Assembly (NCBI RefSeq): GCF_018977255.1
Contig: NW_024704759.1
Span: 8,246,001 to 8,310,000, forward strand
Source of the DNA: Callorhinchus milii
Taxonomy: Eukaryota
Reading direction: 5' to 3'
Length of the DNA: 64,000 nucleotides
Shown: piece after piece, positions 22,252 through 35,209 of the stretch
Layout: every line of letters begins with the position of its first letter
Numbering within the stretch: the first letter of the stretch is position 1
Made by a program: the position numbers and the translations under genes
The notes under the pieces: generated by a model
The model's input: only the letters and a program-made list of their open reading frames with translations
Told to the model about the DNA's origin: nothing
The model's database searches: none

Positions 22252-25200
22252 CTGTGAGGAGGAGGAATTCAAAGAGAAGGTCATTTCAAATACCACAAAT
22301 TTCTAATTTGCTGCACAAGGACGAGTGATAAAGAAAGATTTGTCAAGCTTATTATTAAGATGATAAGTCTATTCTTTTTTTCCTCCTCCCTTTCCTCCTC
22401 CTCCTGAAAGGACCCAACTTCTTTTTCGTTCAACTGTGATACAGTCCCACGGGCTCCCTCTTACCCTCTAGTACCTCTTCTTAATGGTTATTATAACAAA
22501 AACAACAACAGTTTGCATTTATATTTGAATTGGGGGAATATCAGAGAATATGGGGAATAAGCAGGAGACAGAGATTAGACTGCCTCATGTGGAAAACCAC
22601 ACCAGTGTAGATTCGATGGGTGAAGTGCCCTGTTACTGTGTTTGAAGATTCTAAGGTTCTTTTATAATTATAAACTGGGCTCTCAAAGTTCAGATCAGCA
22701 ATGCTTCACTGAAACATTTGGGTCAAACAGGAGGAAATGCTGCAATCTGCACCGAATTGTTGTTCCGCTAGAAATGACATGACTGATATTGAACACCAAT
22801 CCAGAAATGCAGCTCAAACCTTGATGTTTTCATATTCCATTACAGATGGGTGATTCTCTAGCTGCTCATAGATATGAGGAGTCAACAGCTCCGCTATCTC
22901 AGGCCGCATTCGATGCTGGAACAAGATGCAGTAAAAATAAACCCACAGAATTAGCAGCATTCGTTCTTCTTATCTTGAGGTAAGAGCATTCAGATCATAG
23001 TTATCAGTATGACTGCGAAAAACCCTCTATTGATCTTGTGTTCCTCTTGCAGAGATAGGCCGTGCTTGGAAGTACAATAACTTACATTGTGCAACTAACG
23101 ATAATCACACCAGCACAGGGCTGAGTGCAGCCCAGAGCAGCCTTCGCACATTTCATTTAACAGTTAGAAAAACATCACCTTTACGTGCTTTGACCTCAGT
23201 AATGTGCGCATTCCAGGAAGAATGAAACCAGACTGCAGTCAAAGCATCTTCAATACATGTCTCACAAAATCGGATCATATGAAGAACGTCATTCAGCCCA
23301 TCTGATCTCTACCTTCCAGAATACCCACTCTCCCATCGGAGCAATATGCTGTGTTTTTTTTCACAAATGACTCCAGTGTCCTGACCTCAACCAGCCTTCC
23401 TGCCAGCCTGTTCCAGTCATTAATTACCCTCTGAGTAAAGAAATCTTGCTTACATCTGTCCTGAAATTGCGCTTCACAACCCTAAACCAATGTCCACTTG
23501 TTGTACTGTCTTGGTGCACCCTGAAGTATTGACCTGGGTTTGGTCTCTGCCCAGTTCTCACCTGATAATCCAGTCGCACATAAGGAACATTCATTTTCAC
23601 AAGGCGTTCAAACAAAGACACCTCCAGATAGAAGTTTCTGGCCAGATCATACACAGTAGCACTGGGCCGGAGCTGTCAGGAAACAAAATATGTCTCAATA
23701 ACACGTAAGAGGAACAAAGATTTAGCAACGTGAATCGTGTAACTCTCAGCATCAAAAGCCAGATCGCCAATCGCTGTCAAGGCTATCACATGTGTGCTCA
23801 CAAGACAGTGGTTGTCTTTCTTGAATCACTGGAGAAATTTCACAATAATATTTCACAATAATTCACAATAATATCATGTAGGGAGCATTTACACGACAAC
23901 GTCCCACCATAACACATCACATGGTATTTTTCCTCTGGTGCAGAGTGGGGATATGATAGAGGTATTTTAGATCCTTGAATGTCATGCTAAGGTGAATGGG
24001 GGAAAAACAATTTTGTTGGGGATTGGTGGTAAACAATTACACGTATAAAGGAAGGAGATTTGTAAACTAACCTGTTGATGGTCTCCAATCAGAATTAGGT
24101 GCTGGCATGCACTGCTCAGTGTGGTTATCAAATGTGCTTCCAAAACCTCAGCTGCTTCCTCCACCACCACAATCCGAGGCCCTACCTCCTGAAGCACTTT
24201 TCTGTATTTAGCCGCACCTGATGGCATAGAAAACTTGAGCTTAATTGACCTTGCTTCACTCACCCAAGTGTTTGAATAAAATAGCCTGTGACAAATTTTA
24301 ATCTACCAGCTCCTGCGTAACTCAGGAAGATCAAGTTAACAAAACTTGAAGTTCCACTTGGTCATTGCCCGTCAAGTGTGGAGCCAGGACAACCTCTACT
24401 TTGTGCCTCAAGCATTGGCAGCATCAGTATCCACGGATGCACACTCCACCTCACCAAGTCAGTTAGGAACCTGGGTGTCTTGTTCAACCCTCAACTGTCC
24501 TTTCTCCGCCATATCTGTGCCATGAACCGCTCTGCCTTCCCCCATCTCCGCAACATTGTCCGACTCCGCCACTGCCTCACCCCTCAGGCCGCTGAAACCA
24601 TCATTCGTCACGCATTCGTCACCTCAAGGCTCGACTACGGAAACTCCCTCCTTGTTGGCCTCCCCAACTCTTCCCTCCACAAGCTGCAGATCATCCAGAA
24701 CTCAGCAGCTCATTTACTCTCCCTCAAGAGGCTCCATGACCCCATCACCCCCACTCTCACCCCGCTCCACATCCCTCAGAGGATAGAATTCAAAATCCTT
24801 ATTTTCACTTTCAAGGCCCTCCACGGACTTGCCCCCTCCTACCTCTCTGACCTGCTAACCCCCTATCAACCTGTCCGCTCCCTCCGTTCATCAGGCTCCA
24901 GCCTGCTCCATGTCTCCCGCCCGACCTGCCCTACCATCGGCCGCCGGGCTTTCAGCCTCTCTGCCCCCACCCTTTGGAACTCCAACCCAACAAACCCTTC
25001 GCCTTGATCCCTCCCTTGCCTCCTTCAAGGCACGACTCAAGACCTTCCTTTTCGACCGTGCCTTCAGCCGCCCTCCTACCTCTCTTCCCTCCCTCATCCC
25101 AACCCTGGCCCCCGCCCACGCTCCAGCCCTGATCCCTGACTATTCAGCACCCTGGGATGTCCTCCCGACGTGAAAGGCGCTTTACAAATATAATTTTGTT

Positions 25201-28200
25201 GTTGTTGCTATAGAGATGTTGCAATGTACTAATGGAGGGTTTAGCAGCAGATCCAGAGGACCCTCTGCAGAGGTATTCTGACATTCCATTTCCACCCTAA
25301 GATGAACTGAATGAGGTTAGCAGATGCTACTGTTGAATCTATCCCATGTGGGTTTACGAACTTCCACGACTGGTCAGTTTAGTGATCGACAATGCTCACT
25401 GATAGTACAGTGATCTCATTATAAAAGCTGATTATCGCCAAAGTCACTAGATTCACTGTGAGCTGAGTTTCACGCTCTCTCTCTCTCTCACAAGCTGTCT
25501 AGGCACACAAAAAAGGTAAGTTAACCCTGACTGATGAAAATGATCAGACCTGTGGTTGTCATCCCAACAACTTTGGCTTCTTTCAGGACCCAGAGGTCTT
25601 CCTGCAGCCTCAGCTCGGCCAGCCTGTCCGCAGCTGCCTGGTACAGCTGCTCGTGCTGAACTAACCGCCGTCTGATGTCAATCTGATAAGCAGACAGCCA
25701 TAACCTGCAAAGCAAAAGGATCACCTTTACATTTACTGAAAAATTCCACCCATTGTGTCTGTGATGCTCTTTGAAAGAGCAATCCATTCAGTGAGATTTG
25801 CCCGCCTTCCCCTCTGAACGGATTGCTGTTTCAAAGAGTCCAGGTGCCCATCCAGCATTGTTTAAGCACTTTGAGATGTCTTCCCGGTAGGAAAAAAGCA
25901 CTATGTAAAGGTTAAGGAATATGTGTCTAATCAATGTAATTATCCCTCAGCAATATCATTATCACCTGTGTAATAAACAAATGCCCTTCGTATCTTGACT
26001 GGGAATATTTTCACAGGAATAAATGATCAGTTGTATCTGAAGAATTGTTGGCCAGGACACCAGGAGAAACTCCCTTCTCGTTTCAAGTAGTGGTATTGGA
26101 TCTTTAACACCCACCTGATCAAGTTCAGTTTAACATCTCATCCAAAGGACAGCACCTGTGACAACACAGCACACCTTCTGCACTGCATTGGAGCATCAGT
26201 CTGGAAAATGAGCTCAAAGTCCTGATGTGGAGCTTGAGCTCCCAACCTTCTGACCCTACCAAACTGAGCCGAGTTTGACAAAATAGGAAAGGTTTCTATG
26301 AACTCTGACCTGTATAGGTGCCACCTATCCTTCAAGGGAAGGGTCCAGATATTGATAATTCCCTTTTCCTCCATTTCACTCATTGCGCCACTTTTCAGTA
26401 ACTCTGCTTTCGCCTTCTGTTTCATTTTCTTCTTTTGGTCTCTCTGTACCTGTTAAAAGCAGGAACGATCCACTAAGATAAAACTCGTTAACATAAGCAG
26501 CCTCTGAACTTGCAAGCAGATGCCTTTAAATAGTATAAACTGAACATGCTGTGCTATCAGGAGTTCCTGAGCCTGGCAATGTGTGGGAGCTCATATGCTG
26601 CTGAGGTGCAGAGCAGGATTAGCTGTGTTTATCCCAGATCTCTTCTTACCTTCTGCATTACACTAGAAGTATGAAGAGGCCATAAAGAACTTACAGTTCT
26701 GCACTGGAGTGTCAGCCTAGTTTAGGAACTCAAGTCCCAACGTGCAGCTTGAACCTACAACTTTGTGACCTGGTGCTGAGAATGCTACCAACTGAGTCAA
26801 ACAAATGCCTCTAAGCTTCAGAGGTTCTATGATTACCTCCCAGGGTGCTTCCTCCTGCTGCTGCGATGCACTGTTGGCTCCCATTTGAGCTTGTTGAGTT
26901 GCCTGGTTCTCTAGGTTCATCGCCAGCAGCATATTTGCCAGTTCAGCAATATCTCCGTCGTGTTTCTTCTTGCTCCTCAGTTTGGGCTCTTCGTCGTCGA
27001 TCACTCTCTCCGCCTGGATGAGCTCTGCTTCCTCGGAGATGTGAATGAATTCCTCCTCTCTGTCTTCATCTTCGCTGTCCTCCTGCTGTGCGTCTTCTAT
27101 CAAGTATGACAGAGAGAGAGAGACGATAAGCTTATAAAACTGGAAGAGTTTTCAACAGAGTGAGTTGGACGTCCCTCAGTGGCTCAGTATGTACAATGAC
27201 AATTGTTCAATTATACAGCAACTTTTATGTCAGGTGGTCAACTCAAAGCACTTCACAGACCCAAGTGAGGAGCCCAAGCAGAAGGTAGCAGGAACTGAGG
27301 AAGGGGGAGGGGAAGATGACCAAAACCACAGTCAAAAAGGTCTCAATTCAGGCTTTAAAGTTGGGGAGGTCGGGGGCAAGGCAGAGGTTCTCTGGGATGG
27401 AGTTCTAGAGAGTGGAAACAGAATCTCAAAGCTCGGTCACTAATGATGGGGCGGAAGTGAGAGGGGTGGGGGGGAAGACATGAAGCAGGCCGGTGTTCAC
27501 TGAGCAGTGGGAGTGACCTGGGCAGTAGGGTAACAAGAAGCCACAGAGGAAGGTGGGGCGAGACCATGGAGGGATCTGAATGTATGGTGTGATGTGGAAC
27601 TAAAGGCAAATACAGCAGGTCGTACCCTTAACTCTATTGGCCTAAAATGAAAGATTTTCCAACAATCTTAAATCAGGTCTTATTTTAGAATCACATTGGG
27701 GACTGTGGAGAAATGGCTTCCAGATGAAGAATGAATTCCTCTGAGCTGTGCCTCCTAACAATCAGCTGTGATTGGCTCCAACATCATCAAATAGAAAAAG
27801 CACAGCCCTGATTCTTCTGCCTCCTCCGCTGATTAGTACAATTAGTTAGCAGCACAAATGGAGAGAATAAAATGTGTGGAGGGTGTGTTGGCAATAAAAC
27901 AAATGTTTGCTGTATGTACATAATAAAAAAACAAAAGCTACATAGGATACAAAATCACATACTGTGGAAGCTGACGGCGAATCATTACCTGTATTTTCTG
28001 GGTTCTGTTGATCAACTCCAGGTATTCCGGTCACAGCCGTAAACCCAAGCCCCAGCCATTCTACGATCATTGAATGTCTTCTTCCAGAAAAATGAAAGTC
28101 ATCATATGCCTAGAAAAGCATGAAATGCTCTTTGAAGATTCAACAACAAATGTTCCTCTTTATATAGAGCTACTGTATTTTGCCAAAGGACATAGAACAG

Positions 28201-31200
28201 GGAGAAGAGAATTCTGCCTTAAAGTTTCCAAGAATAATGTACTTTAAAGAAAATCAGTCTTGCAGTAGAACACAACAAGGGGATATATAAATAGAGCTGG
28301 GATGGTTAGAAGTGAGATCAGAAACATTTCTTCACACAGAACATTGTGAAGGTGTGGAATACACTGCTCCAGAAGGCTATAGGGGCAGAATTAATTGGGA
28401 TGTTTAAAAGGGAATAGATAGTAGATCCTTGGGAAGTAAGGTACGGGGAAAGGCAGATTTTGAATAAGATCTGCCTCAATCTGATAAACTTGTCCCAGAA
28501 AAGGCTTGACACAAGATCAAAAGATTGCTTTAGATGAAGAAGGTCCTTTGGCCCATCCGATCTCATGTTTCCAGGATACCCACCCCCATCATTGCACCAA
28601 GTTGCTTTTTAAATGAGTTCCAGTGTCCTGGTCTCTACCATTTTCTTGGCAATCTATTCCAGTCGTTGGTTACCCTCTGCATAAAGAAAACCTTCCTGGT
28701 ATCTGTTCTGAAATTGCCCTCGACAACTCTAAACCTATGTCCTCTTGTGGACGGGATGAATCGCCTCCACCTGTTATTATGTTCCCATCTTCATAGAAGG
28801 AAAGCACTTTTTAAAGAAGTTATTTAAAATTTTGGGGGCTTCGGCAAGCTTAAAACTACCACACCCGGCAACTCAAAGAAAAAGGGCCTCTCCAGTTGCC
28901 AGAAGCGGTTATGAAAGTAGTGTCTGATGTGGTCATACCAGCCCACGTTGCAAGCTGTTCCAGTGCCTTTCCAGGATATATTTCTCCAAGAACTGCTCAT
29001 GAAGGACCCCATGTGTGGTGCATTCCAGGTGCTTGGCTGCCTCGCATATCTTTTGTTCCGATTCCCTCATCTGGTTTGTTACCTGTAAAATAAAATAATA
29101 ATAATCCTTTCATTTGATATAGTACATTACCACATCTTCGAGACGTCCCAAAGAGCTTCAAAGAATATAACAACAACTTGCACTTATATAGCGCCCTCCA
29201 CGCAGGGTAGCTTTTCAGAGCACTTAACAGTGGTGGAGCCTGACTCCGAGCTGGGTTGGTTGGGGGGGTGGGGGGGAAGAGAAACGTTTCAGGCGGGACT
29301 TGAAAAAGGGGAGAGAGGGGGTGAGGTGGAGGGGTTGACGGAGAGTGTTCCAGAGTTTTGGGGCCTAGTGGCTGAAAGCGCAACCTCCAATGGTGGGGCG
29401 GAGGGTGCGAGGGACAAGCAGGAGGCTGCTGCCCGTCGAGCGGAGGCACCTGGTGGTGAATTGGGGAGTGAGGAGGTAGGACAGGTTGGGAGGTGCCAGG
29501 GAGTGAATGGATTTGAACACGAGTGTGAGGATCTTGAAGTCGATCCATTCGGTGATGGGGAGACAGTGGAATCTGGCCAGAACTGATGAGATGTGGCTAC
29601 GGAGTTTAGTCCGGGTCAGTATGCAGGAGGCAGAGTTCTGAATGAGCTGGATTGTGTGAATGTCAGAGTTGGGGAGACCCCCGAGGAGTGCGTTTGAGTA
29701 ATCCATGTGGGAGATGACACACGCATGCACAATTTCGGCTGTATTTGGGGTAAGGTACGGTCGGAGGCGGACAATGTGGCGGAGGTGGAAGAAAGCGGTC
29801 CTGGTCAGGGTCCAGTTATGGGGGAGGAATGACAGCTGGGGGTCGAACTGGATCCCTAGATTGCGCACTGATTCGGCGAGTCTGAAGGAGAGCCCAGGGT
29901 GGTTGAGGAGTTTAGATCCGCAGGAGTGAAGACGTTGATGGGAGCCAAGGAGTATGGCTTTCGTCTTGTACATATTCCTTTGCATGAAGTTTACACTCAT
30001 CCAGGCCTTGATGTCTGCCAGACAACCTGATAGAACATCGGCCGACCTGGAGTTGGTACTGGAGGAGGCAAAGTAGATTTGTGTGTCATCCGCATACATG
30101 TGGAAGTTTTCTCCGTGTCTGCAGATGATATCGCCCAGAGGGAGAATACTGATAAGGTAAAGAAGAGGCCAAGGATGGAGCAATGGGGTACCCCGCAGGT
30201 GACCAAGCGGGGGTAAGAGGAGAAACCATTTGCTGAGAAGAAATTGAAGCGGTTGGTTAAGTAGGACTTGAACCATGTGAGTGCGGTCCCACTGAGCTGG
30301 ATGAGGGAGGAGAGCCAATGGAGGAGGATGGCGTGGTCGACTGTGTTGAACACAGCAGAGATTCCAGGAGGACACGGAGGCAGAGGCAGCCCTGGTCACA
30401 GATAGAGAGAATGTTGTTTGTGACTTTGATAAGCGCTGTCTCTGTGCTGTGGGCAACGCAAAAACTAGACTGCAGGGACTCGAGGAGGGAGAGGAAGGAG
30501 AGGAGTGACTGAAGTTAACCTGCAACAATGCTTTCCAGGACTTTGACAAGGAAGGGTAGTTTGGAGATGAGATGGTAGTGTGAGAGATTAGAGGGATCGA
30601 GGGTAGTGTTTTTTTAGGAGGGGTGTGATCATAGCGTTTTTCAGGGGAAGTGGACCAAATCCTGAGGAGAGAGACTGGTTGACCATGTCGGCCAGCAGGG
30701 GTGAGAGAAGGGGGAGTTGAGTGACCAGAAGCTGGGTGGGGAGAGGTCGAGGCAGTAGGTGGTGAACTTCATCCAGGTGATTGTCGTTGACAGGGAGGGG
30801 GAAGAAATGGGGGCAAAGGAGTGTAAGGAGCGGGGAGTGGCAGGAGCCGTGGCGGAGAGAGAAGGCGGTGTGGATGGTCTGGGTGGGGTGGAAGGGGACA
30901 TGGGGATGGGGGAGGGACAGGATGATGCAGCCAATGGGGATGTTTACAATTTTTGAGGTGTAGAAGTCTAGGACCTCTTTGCACTTGACGTTTGATATGA
31001 GGATAGAGGGGGCTTGAGGGGCTGCATGGAGGAGGTGATGGATGGGGGAAAATAGGGTCTTTGGATTGTTGTTTGCCTCCAGGATGGCTTTGGAGTAAAA
31101 GTCTTTGGCCTGTGTAAGGGAGAGGCAGTAGGTGCGAAGGTGCTCGAGCCACAGCTGGCGGTGAATCGTGAGGCCGGATTTCTGCCATCTGCGCATGAGC

Positions 31201-34200
31201 GTCTGGGTTTGTGTTTTGAGTGAGCGGAGATGACTGTTGTATCAGGGGGAGTGGGTGGGTTTGGAAACAACGCTGGATTTCAGAGGAGCCAGGGAACTGA
31301 AGGTTGTGGAAAGGCGTACTGTACTGTTTCACATACTGTAAAGTGAATTGACTATATTTTTGTGGGCGAAAAGTAGCAGTGAATTGCGCACAGCAGTGCC
31401 CCACAAACAGTCGTAGCTTCAGTGACCAAATTATTATTGTTTTTTTTTAAAGGAATTATTACCCCTGGAAAAGCAATCCGCCAATCAACTAACAACCAGG
31501 TTCCTACTTACTGGTAGGTAAACAGATACCTTACTGGTAGGTAAACAGATAACAGTTTTGCCCTGCTGGGAATCGAACACAGGTCTCTCGCTTGTGAGGC
31601 GAGTGTTCTAACCACTGAGCTACAGGAGGTTAAATCTGAATTTAAGAATTTTCCATAATTCCCCACATTTTAAGAGCAATGTTATAGGCTAAAACCATGA
31701 AGCATTTTGAGCTGTTGGAGTAACACTGCAGTCTTACCTCAAAATAGGCTCCTCGCAGATGTTGAGGCAGTTTTCTTCTGAAGTCCCTGCTGTTCCGCAG
31801 CTCCTTCAGAGTGAACTTCTTCAGTAGCTCACTGTTGCTCCTTCCACCTACTCTGACCAGGCCTCGGTGCAAAAATCCATAGATTCCTACGAAGTTAAAG
31901 ACACAGCGGTGAACTTTACAAAGCTACCTTGGTTCCCTCTGCTAGGTTTGGTTTTCTTGTCTCATTTCACCCTTTTCAGTTCTCTGAAGCAAATCAAATA
32001 CAATTTTTAAAATAAGTGAAGATGGAGATTACGTAACCAAAGATCAACATATACTATCAAATGACCCCTAGACAAGTTCTTGAGGAAGACACTTCAGAAA
32101 AATTGTTATCTCAAACCCAAAACTATATTAACGTAATTGCTTAATGACACTAATGCAATAAACGTTGATTAATATTTGTGAAAATATATCCAACATTAAT
32201 GCCTTATGAATGCAGGAGGATAGAAAACAGACTTGTAGCTCAACAAATTTCAAAGTCAACGTATTAGAACAACAACAAAATGATTTTATATAGTGCTTTT
32301 CACATCAGGAAGACATCCCACGGCTCTAGACACTGAAGGGTTTGCACTCGAGCTGGTGGTTGGGGTAAAGAGGAGCGGTGGAGGTGGGAGGATGACCGAA
32401 GGCATGGTCAGAGAGGAAGGCCTTGAGACAGGCCCAAACAATCAAATACTCGATAATAATACAAAAAGCATTTAGGTTGTCAGACGTACCTTCTAGAAAC
32501 TGGTCCAATGCATGGTTGGTGTAACATACGACCAAAATCGGACACTTCCTTAGCCCAGGCTGCCAAACTGGCTCGTTGGCCAAAAGAGCTTGGACAATTT
32601 TTAATCCTACGTACGTTTTTCCTGCAAGGAATAACTTGATATCACTCGGTTTAACTCTTCAAGAAGTTTGATTCCATTACATTTTTTTGTTTTCTCCCCA
32701 AATGATCAAGTGGTATTTTTAGACATCAGAGAAGTCAATACTAAACTCTTAGGCATTTTACAGCCTTAATAATGCGGCATATTTGCTTTTTTTAAAGAAA
32801 TATCGACCATTTCTACAATGGGTTCACAGTTTTAATTTTTGAGTACCTTTAATTTGTAACCAAAGTGGAGGAATAGCAAAGGCCCCCTTTTCTCAGATGA
32901 TATTACCTGTTCCTGGAGGTCCTTGAATGATGGCCAGTTCCTTGGTCAGTGCCATCTGCAGAGCTTCCATCTGTGACTCGTCCAACTTGAGCGCTTGTTT
33001 GGAAGGCCACGATGCTGGATTGAGGACGTTGATTTTGTTTTGCCTTCGCACAAATTCGAGATGTGGCTCAAAATCTTCCTCGCAGTCGTGAGAACCTTCC
33101 TTCATCAGTGCTTCCAGATTGTAGGTATCGCCAAAAAGCAGGTAGCTCGGTGCACTGATGTCTGCCCAACATTCCACAATGTATTTCTGGAAAGGAACAT
33201 CTTCCCCTCGGATCTCCTGGAGCCCTTCCAGAACATGGCGATAGGCTTCGAAATACGCTGTGGTTTCCACCATCAGAAAGGAATCGGAAGGCTGGACCTC
33301 TGCCAGGATCGGGCGACTTCGTTCATTAAAAGAGAGATGGACGATGCCCTTCTTGAGCTCTTCAGGATCCCGGTCTGAGACTGTAGCAAATAATAAGGTT
33401 TCAAAGTTGTCTCTTGACATGCACACAAGGGAACCGTACAGCAAACGCTTAGAATTTTGCCACCTGACAAACTTCAGGGGCCGAGTGTCAAACTCAATCT
33501 TATAGCCTACTCCAGTGGAAGTGCAGAGGGGGACTTTAATCCGTGTGTTGAAATAGACGCGGATATCATCAAATTTTCTTCTCCTTAAGCCTTTGTCGTC
33601 ATAATTCTGAAGCAATTCTACAATTCCTTCTCTCAGAGGCCTTACGAAGTCTTCTCTCAGAAGACGGAAATGGGTGTCGAGGTAAACCTCGGCACTGTCG
33701 TACTTTTCACTGATCAGATTCGGTCTAAGGAAGGGTTTCTCATCCAAATGCACCTCACTGTAGGTAGGATATATGGTCATGGTTCTGTAGTTGTCTTCTG
33801 GGCCAGTTTCATGAGGATCGAGGAACAAACGCGTATCTGTTCTGAGTGTCCCATCCCTTCTCCTTTCTTGGAGATGGTGGATGATGTTCTGGACTTTCTC
33901 CATGCTCTTTTCAATCTGGTCCCCGATTGACACACCAGCAGCCCGGAGAGTGTTCACTGTCGGCTCCAATACCAAGATCATCATCGAGGTCTCCTGCACT
34001 GAGCTGGCTGGGAAAATGCTGACCAGCTCCTGCAGCAAGAACAAAATGTTTTCAATATATTCAGGATACTGTTTCCTGCGTGAGGGCATTGGATCTGTGG
34101 CCATCTGAACCACGTAGCGAGGCAAATAGTTTTTCAGAAAGGCCGAGTCCTTCACAATGCTCAGGAGATGCTGAATGCTCTGACGGTCTGTCCTTGACTT

Positions 34201-35169
34201 GCAGGCCTTGCACAAGACTTTACAAATGAGTTGGATAAAATTTGTATTCACCTGTTGGTTCAGCAGGTCTTTAAGGCCTGAGTTGCATGCTAATGTGATG
34301 ACAATTTCAGATGGGTCCTTGTCCAAAAGCACTTCCATGGTCTTGTAGCCTATCTTTCTCACGTGCTGTTCTCCGTCCTTCGCATAGCCCTCCCTGGTGT
34401 GTTCCGGGCCACCCCTTCTCTGAAAGTGAGGATTTCCGCGATCGCCCTGCCTACCTCTCCCCCCTTCGTGAAAGTCTCTTCTTCTGGGTTCGTTCCTTCG
34501 CTCATTGTGCTGCTCCCTTCTGCCCTCTTGCCGATTCCCCTGAGGCCCGGGAACTCTTCCACTTGGATGTCGAGGTGCTCTTGCAGCGTTGCGCCTCTCA
34601 TCTTGATGCCTAGGATTGGGATTACAGGTCCTTTCCTGGTTCCTTCCTCCAAACTCTCTGGCTGTTAGCAGTTGCTCTTGCCTGGGTGTCGAAAGTGCTC
34701 GTCTTGAAACTGGAGGGCCACTCTGGTCTGATGGTCGTGTGCTGTGCCTAGAGATTCCACTATTTTGCAGTGCTGAGTAGCCAGGTCGCTCTACAGAGCC
34801 TGGGGATTAATACAATAAAAAAAAATCAGTGATATATTTTATAATGGAATCTACTTTATTGTGACTATATTATCACGTCCACTTTCTTAAGAGACCATCA
34901 TCTTGAACAGAGAAGGGAGTTTCTTCTGGTGTTCTGGGTTAACAAATACCTTAAATAAAAATAAATAGTCACTCACTCATGGCTATTGGTGGTCTTGCAT
35001 ATTGCTTTAAGACTTAATCGGCAATTGGACATTGACAATGAGAAGCAAGCAAACATAAAAGGATTCCAGGAAAGTGACTGGGGAGATTGAGGAAGCGAGT
35101 GCAAGTTTTAAATAAAGGAACTGTTGGTTTGTGTTTTGCAAGTACATTAGTAAGAGTGAGGTGAGGGGG

Positions 35170-35209
<40 letters not shown>

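Noticed and set aside
24150-24175. Walker B reads EEAA rather than DEAA
   Set aside because: To my knowledge this is normal for the ZNFX1 family, not an inactivating change
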